From the NCBI RefSeq assembly GCF_009914755.1, contig NC_060928.1: 64,000 nucleotides of DNA, one strand, 5' to 3'. Below, in pieces: positions 32,153 through 49,449 of this stretch. The notes beneath the pieces were generated by a model, which did no database searches, was not told where the DNA came from, and worked only from the letters and a program-made list of their open reading frames with translations. Within the stretch, counting starts at the first letter, position 1, and the number at the start of each line of letters is the position of its first letter. The DNA comes from the human T2T-CHM13v2.0 reference genome, Homo sapiens. A program made the position numbers and the translations under genes.

Positions 32153-35100
32153 GAGATTTCTAACATTCTAATGTCTAAAGTATATGCTACAAATCACAAT
32201 TACAGTTATTATGTTAAGTTATTGTAAACCACAGAAATAACCAAATTTTCATGTATAAAACTACTCACCCAAGTAAAACAACAAAAAAATTAAATATCAA
32301 GAAAATACTTTTATGTTAAATCAGCTAATACCGAAATTGTTTAAAATAGTTTATAACCAATGCTTGATCCCATATCCCTGGGAAATCAATTATAGCTTCA
32401 TGTACCTTTAGTTACCTGGTTGGCCATTTAAACATTTTATAAAGGGATTTCTTTCCATTGTTGTTTTCAATTCATGCTTTCTTGTTCTATAAAAGCTTTC
32501 CCTTGCAGGAGGGCTGATGTTATAACAGTAGATTATTATGCTCAGTGTATTTTCACCAGGTAAAGAAAGCTTTTTTATGGTTTGAATATTCTGGAAACAT
32601 CAGAGAAAGACTGTCTTTTCTATCCACACTAAAACAAAACTTTGAAACCTTGAACTTTGGGTTCATAATATCACAATTGAGAAAGGTATCTCCATGCTCT
32701 TGGAAGTTATGCACCCACTGGAACGCTTAAGGTAAAACTAACCAGGGAAATTTCTCCCAAAAAAAGGATGGCATCCTTGATGCGAACAACTTTTCCTAAG
32801 CTCACAGATTAAGACTTCTACTGTCATGAAACACTTATCTTTAATATATATATATATATATATATTTTTTTTGCTTAGGCCTCTATGAAAAATAGAAGTG
32901 GAAAGGGGGTCTGTTATGTGCACTAATGGGGTGCACTTTTATTTGTGAAGGAGTTTGAAGCCTTATACATGGATAACCTTATACTTTGATACATAAAAGA
33001 TGAAGGCCCAATGTAGGTAAGGAACTTTAATGGTACATATGTTGTCTCATAATCAGTCAAAAACAAAACATTTGTTCACTCCTCTTAATCCACATCATGG
33101 GTTAAAGAGAACATTGCCAGAAGGCCTTTACTATTCTAAATGGGCATCATTTGTTAGGTCCTTTGTCCATGGCTTAAAGTAAAAGAAGCAATGATTAGAA
33201 ATGTATCCTCGTGGTAGGCTGTATAGCAAATTTTACTGTAAAGGCTATAGTTACACAACAAACTTTAAATTCTCCTGTGAAACTTATGCTAAATAATAGA
33301 ATTGGCTGAACAGAGGAGAACCTGTGTGGCTGCTGGCACATGTAGCCTATGGGGAAATACATTAAATGAAGATTATAGAAATTTAGTGGTAGGCGATTGA
33401 TGAAGAAATTGCTTAGTCAAGTGAGTAAACTCTTTCTCTAGCTCATTCTTTGATTTATTTGATTTCAGGAGGTTTGGCTTATTGGGACCTTGGGAAGTAG
33501 GGAGAATACTCTAAACTCTTGGTATTATCCTCCCAATAATTATAATAATAGTCTCCCTGGTGTGCTGTATTCTCTCAGAGGTTTTAAATGCTTGCATGCA
33601 GCCATATCTAGAGTATCTTATGGTCTCCCTTCAACTGGAATAACAGGAGCTGAAAGAAATGTGCAACCATGAGGACACATATAACCTATAAATGATGTGC
33701 TGAGACCAGAAACCCAAAATTATGGTAACTGAGAGTGGCACTGAGGCCCTACATTTTGGTTACACTCTCACCTAAGTGAAAGCCTGAACAAAAAGGGGGA
33801 ATTTTTCAAACAAAATTATGGGAGGCCATTGTTTTGGACTAAGCTCATGCACTAGGTCCCAACAAACCAAACCAAACCAAAATTGAGTCACTTGTGCTAA
33901 AACTTTAAGAAAACACATAGATTCTAGAACAAGCCAGGTTTTGTTTTTTCTCTTGCAAATCTCTATAACAAACATTTCTGTCAGCATAGGTATGCACCCC
34001 CTGAAGTCCCATTAAATCTTTTAGCCAAATTCATTTTCTCTCTCCTAGAGACCCTCAAGTTTCATATGATCATGCAACAAAGGTTCCAGTCAGTTCCAGG
34101 TGAAGACATCAACCCTGGTCATGAAGAAGCTACCTTGTCCCTACTATAAAGCAGGGTGAGTTCTGTGATCCCCAATAGGTAGGGACTACACCCCAAGCCA
34201 ACATGAAGCAGTTACAGAAAAAAGACTATCAGTCCCTCTGTCTCCCATGAAGATTTATGGGGATCACATTTCTTTGGGGGAAGATGAGGCAGAAAAATAA
34301 GGTCAGGAGGCAGGGAATATAATGCTGATTTACACTTCAGCTATAACAGGAAATATTCTCTCTGTAGGGCGTTCACCATAAATGACTCTGTAGCTTTACT
34401 TCATCCTCTGCATTAACATAGAGCATACACAAGTAACAAATTGAATCTTCTAGGGGGTATTTAAACTCCCAAAAAGTCTGTAACTGGGCCTTTGAGCCTC
34501 TATGGTCAGGCAAGCTCCCACACTGTGGAGTATATTATTCTTTTTAATAAATCTCTTTGTTCCTTCCTTGCTTTGTGCGTTTGTCCAATTCTTTGTTGAA
34601 GACATCAAGAACCTGGACACCCTCCACCATTAACATCTAGGTATTATTTGCTTGGATAAGAGTCATTGAACACTACTAAACATGAATTTTGTAATCTTCT
34701 CTTTTGTAAAGTTTGTAGCTCATCTTGAAGCTTCTATCTTACTAGAAAACTTATATTTAATCACACTGCATGGCACAAAGCTTGGTGTAAGACTCTCATT
34801 CAGAAGTTCTGGTTTTGACATGCGACCTAAGACAAAAGAACAACCTTAATTTTTGCTTTCTTCTCTGCAAGCAGCTCAAATTTCAGCTTACTATTTCGCT
34901 ATTCCCGTTTTTGAAAAATAAATCTAGTTCAAAAAATAAAAATGTCTTTATAGATGCACTTTAAGTTTAATGACACTTTTACTCAAGGCTTTGTGGATGC
35001 TGAATTTGAAAAGTTTTGTTGAAAATTTACCCAGAACATGGTAATTACAGTCTCATTTGACCATGAAACAAATATATGAAAGAAAAATTAGGAACACTAT

Positions 35101-36542
35101 ATCATGTAGATGTTACTTATTGTCATTATTGTTAATTAAAATGCCTGACTTCTCTTTTTATTTTCCAAAATTTTTACCCTTTCTCTTTGTTCCCAAGTAA
35201 GATGTTTCATTGATATGAGAGTATAATAATTAAAAATAATGAAAAAATATTTACTTGTATGCTTTAAAAGAAAACATTTGGCTATTTGGTTAATGGTCAT
35301 TTGGTTAATGGTCATTTTTCAATATAAAGCAAGTTATTTTTAAAAAAATTGAAAATCTATTTTTAGTTTTACATGATATTCAGTCAGAGTCAAGTATCTT
35401 GACTTAGTGTTAGGACTTTGTCTAAATTGTAATTGTCAAAGCTTACCCTGAGTATGATCCTGTCATTCACTTCAAAGAAACATTGCAATGAAAACCAATC
35501 AAGACAGCAGAAGAGAAAGAGAAAGAAAACAAAATTATATATACATGCCAAATGCAAACTCTATTGTCAATTTGTCCATCTTATTGAAGAATGTATTCTT
35601 GTATGATGGTTATGGCTGAGATATGCTTTCTCTCAAATTGAGTTTATATTCTTATTAAAAGGAAAAATGCAATAAAAATACTAACAGCAAAACAAAAGAA
35701 TTAGGTTGCATTTTTAGGAAAAAAATTAAAAGCAGGTGTTAAACACAGAGAACATTTTTACTCCATATGTGCTGCCCAGTCAGAAACTATGAGAATAAAA
35801 AATGTAACAATGAATTAACAAAGATAACTATAATCCACTTCTATCGACATCTATTAAGGTAAAACAACCACAACATCAACACTGAGATTAAAATTGACTT
35901 TGTAATGCCATTTTTTGTTTCCATGAAATAAATTCAAAAATAGAGCCAAGAATAATTTGAACATTTATAGAATACATCAATGATACATCATTACCTAGAT
36001 CTTCTTCAATTCAGTGATTTTAATTTTCTGTTGAACAAGTAGGGTTTATCAGAGAACTTAGCATCTGAATGTAACAGGGGAATTGTAAAATGATTTCTTG
36101 AAATTTGCATGTCTTTGGCTCCTGAATAGCCATCAAAGTAATTGTTTCTTAAATGTTATGCAAATCTTTTCTCCTGTGTTGACCCTAATCAAAGCAATTA
36201 ATTCTATAATGATGTCTTTCTTTGCAGACACCATCTTATTATTATCTTGGTCTAAATTAATAACATCATGATAATAATTAGTAGATTTGAAATCATCTAT
36301 TTATTTCTTACAGCATGTGGGCTCCTTATAAAAGAGCAACAGGAATGGAAATTAGAGTAAAACATGGCAGCTGTGTTGATTGGTGTGCCCTCCTAACCTT
36401 AGCACCTGCAACATCGGCCTTATTTAAATGTGAATGTGATGTGTTTGTAATAGTCTTTCCCTCACCAGACTCTACAAAGTACAAATATATACAGTTAATA
36501 GTGTGTGTGTGTTTGTGTATATATATTAGAATATGTATCTTA

Positions 36543-37470
36543 TGTTGACCTAAAAGAAAGATGCTGAGGCAAAATTAATATAGGTAGAGAGTTTATTTGA
36601 AGCAAGCTTCAGGGATGCAACTTCAGAGCATAGATTCAAGTTGCCCTGAATATACACTCCAATTAACAAGTACAAGTAGGTTTTTAAGAGGAAAGAAGAG
36701 GTAGTTTCTGTCAGGCCTCTGAGCCCAAGCCAAGCCATCACATCCCCTGTGACTTGCACGTATATGCCCAGATGGCCTGAAGTAACTGAAGAATCACAAA
36801 AGAAGTGAATGTCCCTGCCTCGCCTTAACTGATGACATTCCACCACAAAAGAAGTGTAAATGGCCAGTCCTTGCCTCAACTGGTGATATTCCACCACAAA
36901 AGAAGTGAAAATGGCCAGTCCTTGCCTTAAGTGATGACATTACCTTGTGAAAGTCCTTTTCCTGACTCATCCTGGCTCAAAAACCTCCCCCACTGAGCAC
37001 CTTGCGACCCCCACTCCTGCCTGCCAGAGAACAAACCTTCTTTGACTGTAATTTTCCTTTACCTGCCCAAATCTTATAAAATGGCCCCACCCTTATCTCC
37101 CTTTGATGACTCTCTTTTTGGTCTCAGCCCGCCTGCGCCCAGGTGATTAAAAGCTTTTATTGCTCACACAAAGCCTGTTTGGTGGTCTCTTCGCACGGAT
37201 GTGCATGAAAGTTTCTAAGTTGTTTACCAAAAAATTTTGGTAAAATATGTTATTGATTGATTATACATAGTTATTTGTATCATAAATTCCAGAAAGATGA
37301 AGGTAATTGGTGAGGCAGCTAGTCAGGAATGTAATGATTTTAAATAATTGCCCCCAGGCATGGGTATGGCATGGGTATGGAGAGGAATGACTGAAGTACC
37401 ATACTCATGTCTCTCTGGTCCTGCATACCTCACAGAGTTCAGACTAATCTGAGCCAGTTTTCTTTTCTCA
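36543..37470 (-). mobile_element. MER65-like ERV1 solo LTR split by LTR7
   Basis: Minus strand TGAGAAAAGAAAACTGGCTCAG...GGTCAACA; TSD CTTA (36539-36542, 37471-37474). Confidence 0.75.
36709..37210 (+). mobile_element. LTR7 (HERV-H) solo LTR with three U3 repeat units
   Basis: TGTCAGGCCTCTGAGCCCAAGCC...GCATGAAA; TSD GTTTC; 502 bp. Confidence 0.96.
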
Positions 37471-37999
37471 CTTATATATACTATATTCATAAAAATTTGT
37501 GTACAAATATATGTAATATATAAGCTATATGTAATATATTAAAATATATGTAACTATATGCGTACATACATGACGTACACACACATATAAATACATGTAT
37601 CTATCTATATAAACATGCCTCCCCATATATACTTATATGTATCTGTTCTGTGATTATTGGAGCATTCCTATATGTTTTTATTTTACATATTTATTTTTCA
37701 CAAAGATTCATACCTAATTGTGGCATTTATTTATTCATTCTAAAGTTAATATGCTCTTAGCAGGTTGAATCTATAGACAGTAGACAAGTCATATAATATG
37801 TCAAGCAATTTCATTTACAAGAACCTTTAATATCAATACAATAATGAGTATGAGCTAGACTTCTACATTCTTTCTTGATATCCTTGAAGTAAGTTTTTCT
37901 AATTAACTTGTTTTAATTTGATGAGGTATCCTGATATCTTTATAGTTAGTACACTGAGGTCCAGGATTTTTATGCAAACTTTCTGGCTAATTTAGGTGG

Positions 38000-41447
<3,448 letters not shown>

Positions 41448-42673
41448 CCCTTCACTGGTGATATCAAAATCTGGGCCAGTCTTTGTTAATTGTCATTTAT
41501 TTTTGAGAATGAGTCTCATTTCTCTGGTTCTTTATATGTTGAGTTATTCTGATTTATATTTGAATGTAGTCATAGTGTGGATACTAAGGATTCTGTTAGG
41601 TTTCTTTTAAGGATGTTGGGATATTTGACAGGAAATTGGTTAGATTTGAAATTTAAACTCCATCTTTTGGAAAACTGCTGACATCTGATTTCATTGTCTT
41701 CATTTATAATTTAGTTGCTTGCATTTTAACACACGCTTCAGGTATTCTCCAGATACTTGGTCATTTTATATATAGGATATGGGCATTTTCTCTCTTGTTC
41801 TCCTTCTTCTAAAATTCACTTCACACTTGTCCTTGGCTGCAATATACTGTACTCTGCTTTCTAGTTCATCACACCAGAAAGACTGTGAGTTCTCTTTCTT
41901 TCAAACTTGCCAATATCCTACACATAGTGAGGTGTGAGTTTCCTTCCGGCCAAAAGCCATGGCAACAAAAAGACACTCACGTTGTTACTCTTCTCTTCCA
42001 AATGGCAGCTGACATGCAAAAATATACCTGCATTGTTTTATACTCCAGAATATAGGAGCAGAAGAGGTGTGGTATCTTTCCTCCCCATCATAAGGGTCAT
42101 GGCCACCACTAGTATATCCAAAGACAAATTAATGAGAGAAAAGTAAGACAGATTGATTTTACAAAAGTGTCACTTGACATAGAAGACTTGAGAAATGAAA
42201 ACCTAAAGACTCAGGGAACTATCAATTTTTGTTTTTATGTTAGATAAATAATAGTAAGGTGGAAATGTAATTGTACAAAATGGATATGATCTAATAGTAA
42301 TAAAGGAAAAGGGAAATCCAACAAGACATGTCTTTTTCAATTTTTTTTGGCTGTTTTGTGTGGCAATCCTTCTCAAGCCTTGAGTGGGATCCCTTCTAGA
42401 ATAAGGGTTTTATGACCTGCTATTTGACAAGGTAGGTCAGATAATTTATTTACACTCAGCACTTACATAGAAAGATAGGGGAAGGTTTTATGGATAGCTT
42501 TGAAGTGTAGGTTTTATGGATAGCTTTGAAGGAGAAATGTCCTAGTTTCTATCCCCGCCCAGAGGGAAAAGAATTCTATTTTCTATAGCTTGCCTTTGTT
42601 GGGGGGCAAGAAATGGAAAGAGGAAGACAGAAGTCCAGAGAGAAACGTTGCTTCTGACACTGCTTCCAAGGTC

Positions 42674-45600
42674 TTTTTTTTTTTCTTTAACTTTTATTTT
42701 AGGTACAAGGGACATGTGCAGGTATGTTATACAGGTAAACTCTTGTCACAGGGTTTGTTCTATGGATTATTTCATCACTCAGGTACTAAGCCTAGTGTCC
42801 AATTGTTATGTTTCCTGCTTCTCTTCCTCTTCCCACCCTTCACCCTCAGGTGTCTGTTGTTCCCCTCCATGTGTCCATGTTGTCTTATCATTTGGCTCCT
42901 TTATGATACAACAATTTATATTCCTTTGGGTATGTACTCAGTAATGTGATCGCTAGGCCAAATGGTAGTTCTGTTTTGAGCTCTTCCAGGAATCACCACA
43001 CTGCTTTCCACAGTGGTTGAACTAATTTACACTCCCACCAACACTATATAGGAATTTCCTTTTCTTTGCAACCTCAGAGCATCTGTTATTTTTTGACTTT
43101 TTAATAGCAGCCATTCTAACTGATGTGAGATGGTATCTCATTGTGGTTTTGATTTTCATTTCTCTAATGATTATTGATATTGAGCTTTTTTGCATATGCT
43201 TGCTGGCCACATGTATGTACTCTTTTGAAAAGTAGCTGTTCATGTCCTTTGCCCACTTTTAATGGGGTTGTTTGCTTTTTTCTTGTAAATTTAAGTTCCT
43301 TACAGATGCTGGATATTAGACTTTGTCAAATGAATAATTGGCAAATATTTTCTTCCATTTTGTAGGTTGTCATTTCAATCTGTCGGTAGTTTATTTTGCT
43401 GTGCAGAAGCTCTTTAGTTTAATTAGATCCCATTTGCCAATTTTTCCTTTTGTTGTGATTACTTTTGTAATGAAATCTTTGTCAGTTCCTGTGTCCAGAA
43501 TTGAATAGCCTATCTTACCTTCCAGGGATTTTATAGTTTTGGATTTTACATTGAAGTCTTAATCTATCTTGAGTTAATTTTTGTAAATGTTTTAAGGAAG
43601 GGGTCCAGTTTTAATATTCTTCTTACGGCTAGCCAGTTATCCCAGCACTATTTATTAAATAGGGAGTCCTTTTCCCATTGTTTTTTTGTCAGCTTTGTCA
43701 AAGATCAGATGGTTGTAGGTGTGTGGCCTTATTCTGAGCTCTCTGTTCTGTTTTATTGGTCTATATGTCTGTTTTTGTACCAGTACCATGCTGTTTGGGA
43801 TATTGTAGCCCTCTAGTATAGTTTGAAGATGGGTAGTATAATGCCTCCAGTTTTGTTTTTGTTGTTTAGGATTGCCTTACTATTCCAGCTCTTTTTTTTG
43901 GTTCAATATGAATTTTGAAATAATTTTTTTAGTTATGTGAAGAATGCCTTTGGTAGTTTAATGGAAATAACATTGAATCTTTAATTGCTTTGAGAAATAT
44001 GGGCATTTTAGTGAGATTGATTTTCCCTATTCATGAGCATGAAATGATTTTTCCTATTTTTTATTATGATTTTTCATTTATTTGTATCATTTTTGATTTC
44101 TTTCAGCAGTATTTTGTAATTCACATTGTAGAGATCGTTCACCTCCCTGTTTACTGTATTCCTAGATACTTTATTCTTTTTTGTGCCAATTGTGAATGGG
44201 ATTGCATTCCTGATTTGGCTCTTGGCTTAATTTTTATTGATGTAAAATAATGTCAATGATTTTTTACCTTGATTTTATATCCTGAAACTTTGCTGATGCT
44301 GTTTATCAGGTAAAGGAGCTTTTGGACCAAGACTCTGGGGTTTTCTAGATATACAATTATGTCATCTGTAAAGAGGGATAGATTGAATTATTATCTTCCT
44401 ATTTGGATGCCCTTTATTTTTTTCTCTTACCTGATTCTCTGGCCAAGGTTTCCAACAATGTGTTGAATAGGCGGGGTGAGAGAGGGTATCCTTGTGTTAT
44501 ACCAATTTTCAAGAGGAATGCTTTCAGCTTTTTCACATTCAGTATGATGTTGGCTATTGGTTTGTCATATATGGCTCTTATTATAGTGAGGTATGTTACT
44601 TCTATACCTAGTTTATTGAGAGTTTTTAACACGAATGGATGTTGAATTTTATTGAATCTATTGCGATAAATGGGTGGTTTTTGTCTTCAGTTTTGTTTAT
44701 GTGATGAATCACATTTGTTGATTTGGTATGTTGAACCAGGCTTGTATCCCAGGGATAGGCCTACTTGATAATGGTGGATTAGCTTTTTGATGTGCTGTTG
44801 GATTTGATTTGCCAGTAGTTTGTTGAGGATTTTTGCATCAATGTTTATCAAGGATATTGGCCTAAAGTTTCCTTTTTTAGTTGTGAATCAGCCAGGTTTT
44901 TGTAGCCGGATGATGCTGGACTCATTGAATGAGTTAGCGAAAACTCCCTGCTCTGGAATTTTTAAAATAGCTTCAGTAGAAATGGTACCAGCCTTTTTGT
45001 ACAACTGGTAGAATTCGACTGAGAATCTGTCTGGTCCTTTGCTTTTTTTTTGGTTGGTAGGCTATTTATTACTATTTTAATTTCCAAGATCATTATTGCT
45101 CTGTTCAGGAATTCAGTTCCTTACTGGTTAAGACTTGGGAGAGTCTATGTGTCCAGGAATTCATCCATTTCTTCTAGATTTTCTAGTTTGCTAGTTTGTG
45201 TTCATAGAAGTGTTCATAGTAGTCTCTGTTTTTTTTTTTTTTTTTTTATATTTTTGTGTGGTCAGTGGTAATATCGCTTTTGTCATTTCTAGTTGTATTT
45301 CTTTGGATCTTTTCTCTTTTCCTCTTCATTAGTCTAGCAAGCACTCTATCTATCTTGCTTGTTTTTCTTTTTTGTTTGTTTGTTTTTTAAAAAAAGAATC
45401 TCCTGTATTTGCTAATCTTTTGAATGGCTTTTCATATCTCAGTCTCCTTCAATTCTGCTCTTATTTTGGTTATTTCTTCTCTTCTAGTAGCTTTGGGGTT
45501 GATTTACACTTGATTATTTAGATCTTTTAGTTGTAATGTTAGGTTATTAATTTGAAGTCTTTCTGTTTGATTTGGCCATTTAGTGCATATAAATTTTCTT

Positions 45601-48146
45601 CTTAATACTGCCTTAGCTGTGTGCTGTATTTTGGTTCTCATTAGTTTCAGATAACTTCTTTATTTCTGCCTTAATTTCATTATTTACCCAAAAGTAAATC
45701 AGGAGCAGGTTGTTTAATTTCTAGGAAATTGTATGGTTTCTAGCAATTTTCTTCATTTTGAGTTCTATTTTTGTTGCACTGTGGTCTGAGACAGTGGTTG
45801 GTATGATTTTGTTTTCCTTTTTTTGCATTTGCTTAGGATCATTTTATGTCAATTGTGTGCTTGGTTTTAAAGTATGTGCCATGTGGCAATGAGAAGTATG
45901 TATATTCTGTTGTTTTTTGGTGGAGAGTTCTGTAGATGACTAGCAGTGCCATTTGGTCCAGGCCTGAGTTCAGGTTCTGAATATCTTTGTTAATTTTCTG
46001 CCTCAATGGTCTGTCTATTACTGTTAGTAAGTTGTTGACAACTCCCACTAACATTGCGTGGAGGTCTAAGTCTCTTTGAAAGTCTCTAAGAACTCACTTT
46101 ATGAATCTGGTGCTCCTGTACTGGGTGCATATATATTTAAGATAGTTAGGCCTTCTTGTTGAACTGAATCTTCTACCACATGTAATGTTATCTTTGTCTT
46201 TTTTGATCTTTGTTGGCTTAAAGTCTTTTTTTCCTGAAGTTAGGATTGCTCCTGTATCATTTTATTATGATTCTTAGCTTTCTTAGATTGGTTTTCAACG
46301 TTCTACTGAATCTTGATAATCTTCATTCCTATCCACATTCTGAATTCAATTTCTGTCATTTCAGCCATCTCAGGCAGTTTAAGAACCTTTGCTGGATAAC
46401 TACTGCAGACGTTCGGAGGGAAAAAAGGGCACGCTGGTTCTTTGAGTTCTCAGAGTTCTTGTGCTGGTTTCTTCTCAACTTTGTAGGCTGAGTTCCTTCA
46501 CTCTTTGAAATTGCCGTCCTTTGGGTGAGTTTTTGTTTTGTTTTGTTTTGTTTTATTGTTCTTTCATCCTATTTGATGACCTTGGGTGTTTTATTGTGGT
46601 GTAAGATGGGTTCGTCAATTGGTTTTGTTTCTGGAAAATTTAGGGGGCCAAGACTGAGCTCAGGACTCCTGCACTGTGTGCTCGAACTCTGGGAAACTAC
46701 TCTAGAGACTTGGCTTTTTTATCCTGCTCCTTGAGGTTAAGAACCTGCTGTGCTAGAGGATCTTAGGTGCTCCTAGACCGCTGGTCACAATAATCTGATG
46801 GGTAGTGCCAGCCAAAGCAATTCATAGGGCGGTGGCAGAGGGATCTAACCTCATTCACAAGTGCCAACAGCAGTGGTAGTGGCAGTGTGGCGGGTGCATG
46901 CTTATTGGCTGTGTCAGGGTGCTAGCAGTTGCCAAGATGCCGGCCTCCATGCATGCATTTGCAGCAGAGGCAGTGGCACCACGGCTGGCAGGGCAGGGGA
47001 CTTCGCCGGTGACTGTGTGTGTATGTTTGCACTACTAGTGGCCTTAGCACAGGAGTGGGGCAATGGTGCGCGCAGGACTGCCCGGGCACTTTATGCATAT
47101 TCACGTGGGCAGCAATGGCTCCTCAGGGCAAGGTCGTGTCCGCTGTTCTCCATACCTGGTTTCATACTGGTGGCAGTGTTGGCACAGGTTTAGGGTGCTT
47201 GTGGGGGTGGGGCTGGTGGGCTCTGTGCCCACCCAACGTTTCTATGAGAATGGCAGTGTGGAAGGGGTGCACGATGCACTCACACAGGCAGCAGTGGCAT
47301 TGCAGAGTGCACATGCACACATGCGCTGCTGGGGAAGGGAAGGCAAGGTTCGTCCATGCACACCTGCGCCAGCAAAGCGATTTTGTGGGTAGCCGTGGGC
47401 AGGTACATGCAGGCAATGTTGGATGGGGGAGGCTGCAGCGTGGTGAGGTGCATGTTTGCAGGGCTACTCTGCTGGAGCACTCTGCCGGTCAGTCATAGTC
47501 CACCAGCACAGGAGCTATAATGTGGGCCCACAAGGAGGTACCTGGGGGTTGCACTGCAAGCAGATATGGTCAAGTTGGGCCGCTGGGAGAGACCAGCAGA
47601 CCTAGGGGTGCTCATATTGGACAGGCCCCATCTCATGGGCAAGACTACCCTGCATAGATCGGGTCAGACAGTTCCCCTAGGGCTAAAGTCTCCTATGGGA
47701 GCGAGGTAAACCTAGGGGGATGAGGTCCCTGGCCGTGTTCCACTACAGATGCACCCACACCAAAACCTTTGGGCTCTCCATTGGCTGGAGTTTTTGCCCC
47801 TACCACTTCTCTAAGCAGCTCTCCCTGGCAACTCAAGTGTCCGTGATGGGCAAGTGGGCTCCTCACACTGGGATTCCAGAGGCACGTGGCAAGAGCGGAT
47901 TACTCCTTGCCTGTTTAACTTACCCCTTCTGCAGGAGTGGCTGGGGGGCCAGAATGAGCCCTAGTGGGTGGTAGTCCCATTCTGGGTTCCACGCCTCCAG
48001 CGCCTTCAGCCGAGCCTCTGTATCTTTCATCTGTCCATTCTCAATGCCTTTGCTCTGAAAGTCTGCTAGGAGTGTGCCAAACTTCCCAATGTCCCAGTCC
48101 CTTGATGGTAGATGTTCCTCCTGTCTGCATCTAGTCAGCCATCCTG
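42674..48146 (-). mobile_element. L1PA15-like LINE-1 with its 5'UTR and internal deletions
   Basis: Poly-T at 42674; old-L1PA 3'UTR; ORF2 remnants; GC-rich 5'UTR ~46700-48146 starting CAGGATGGCTGACTAGATGCAG; deletions near 42900 and 46250 (most of ORF1). Confidence 0.88.
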
Positions 48147-48149
48147 CAG

Positions 48150-48435
48150 AGCTCAGTTTATCAAAAGAATAAGATGAACACAACCAGACAAAGAGGTACA
48201 TAGGGCAAGGTCTGGAAGGGACCTAAGCACAGGATGTCCCCATAGATGTAGGGTATGTCTCTGTCCCCATAGATGTAGGGTATGTCTCTGTCCCCATAGA
48301 TGTAGGGTATGTCTCCTTCCTGGCTTGTGGTTATATTTTATTTAATCAACTCACAAACTCTTGAACCCCTTCATTTAGGGTTTTATGAGCATTCTACTAC
48401 AATGGCATGATTGACTAAGTCATTGGCCATTGGTT
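48150..48435 (-). mobile_element. MER21-like LTR fragment (U3-R)
   Basis: GAGGTACATAGGGCAAGGTCTGGAAGGG and GGCATGATTGACTAAGTCATTGGCCATTGGT match reverse MER21. Confidence 0.75.
48235..48315. repeat. 27-bp minisatellite, 3 perfect copies
   Basis: TGTCCCCATAGATGTAGGGTATGTCTC x3. Confidence 0.97.
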
Positions 48436-49449
48436 TCCTCCCCAAGGCCTTCTAATCTCTTTTAGTTCAAAGCACTTAACTTGCCAAAGCACCAAATTTT
48501 GGGGTATTGTTTTCTTAGCGCCAACAAAAGCATTTGAGTAGATTTTGGTTTTTATTTGTGTTATATGCCAGGTTTAAAATTCATTTCTGCAGGAGAGTCA
48601 GTTTGCTAGGAGCTTAGTTGTATATGTTGGATGCTAAACTCCTAATTTGTTTTAAAAATAATGTTGCAGCTATTTCTCTATTTAGTGCCTAGCTTTGGTT
48701 TTGTTTTTATCCTGCTCGAGATGTTTTAAACTTTTGAATCTTGTAATTTATATTATTATCATCAGGTATATTTTATGTCCACAAAATTATATTCTATTGT
48801 CCAGATAGATTGCATGTGCATTATGTTCTTCTTTCTAAAAATTATCAGTCAGTCAACTTAGACCAATACAGACTCAGAAATTTAGGATTTTAAAAGGAAA
48901 TATTATAATGATTAGTATAAATGAATAATGTTTTACATAATGTTTAAAATTTGTAGATAAAATAACACAACAAGGTTACTATGGCAAATCTCACCACTTT
49001 TTTTTAGAGATGAAGAAATAAAATTGAATAATTTTTTCAGGGTCACAGAATAGGAAAAATCAAGGCAGTATTTTAACTCAAACTAGGTTTACTTATTCTA
49101 TTCCTTTATTCTATAATACTTCCAGATTCAAAACTATCTCTAAATCTCTTTTAATTACTTCCAATTTTCAGATAAAATCTAAAGCTGGTAAGAATATATA
49201 CATTAAGTAGGTGTAATGCCAAAATCTATGTCTGCTCTTTATTTTACCTATAGTGTTTAATCATGTTACAGTTGAAATTCAACAGATATAAATATTATAC
49301 AACAGTTATCTAAAATTTATTATGAATTTAGAAACAAGCTCTAATGAGGACAGGGGTCAATGTGATCAAATATTTATTTGGACTTATAATTTTATCTATG
49401 ACAGAAAAATATATACTTCTGCTTCTAGAAGGTGGATTACATGCACTAT

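Larger units (their letters stand above)
42051..48526 (-). mobile_element. MER39/MER31-group ERV1 LTR split by L1 (pieces 42051-42673 and 48442-48526)
   Basis: Minus strand starts TGTTGGCGCTAAGAAAACAATACCCCAAAAT and continues across the L1 into GAAGCAGTGTCAGAAGCAAC. Confidence 0.7.

Noticed and set aside
46700-48146. GC-rich island with many overlapping ORFs
   Set aside because: Old L1PA 5'UTR; GC content explains the ORFs and CpGs are largely decayed
48235-48315. CRISPR-length repeats
   Set aside because: Head-to-tail with no spacers, no cas genes, primate DNA
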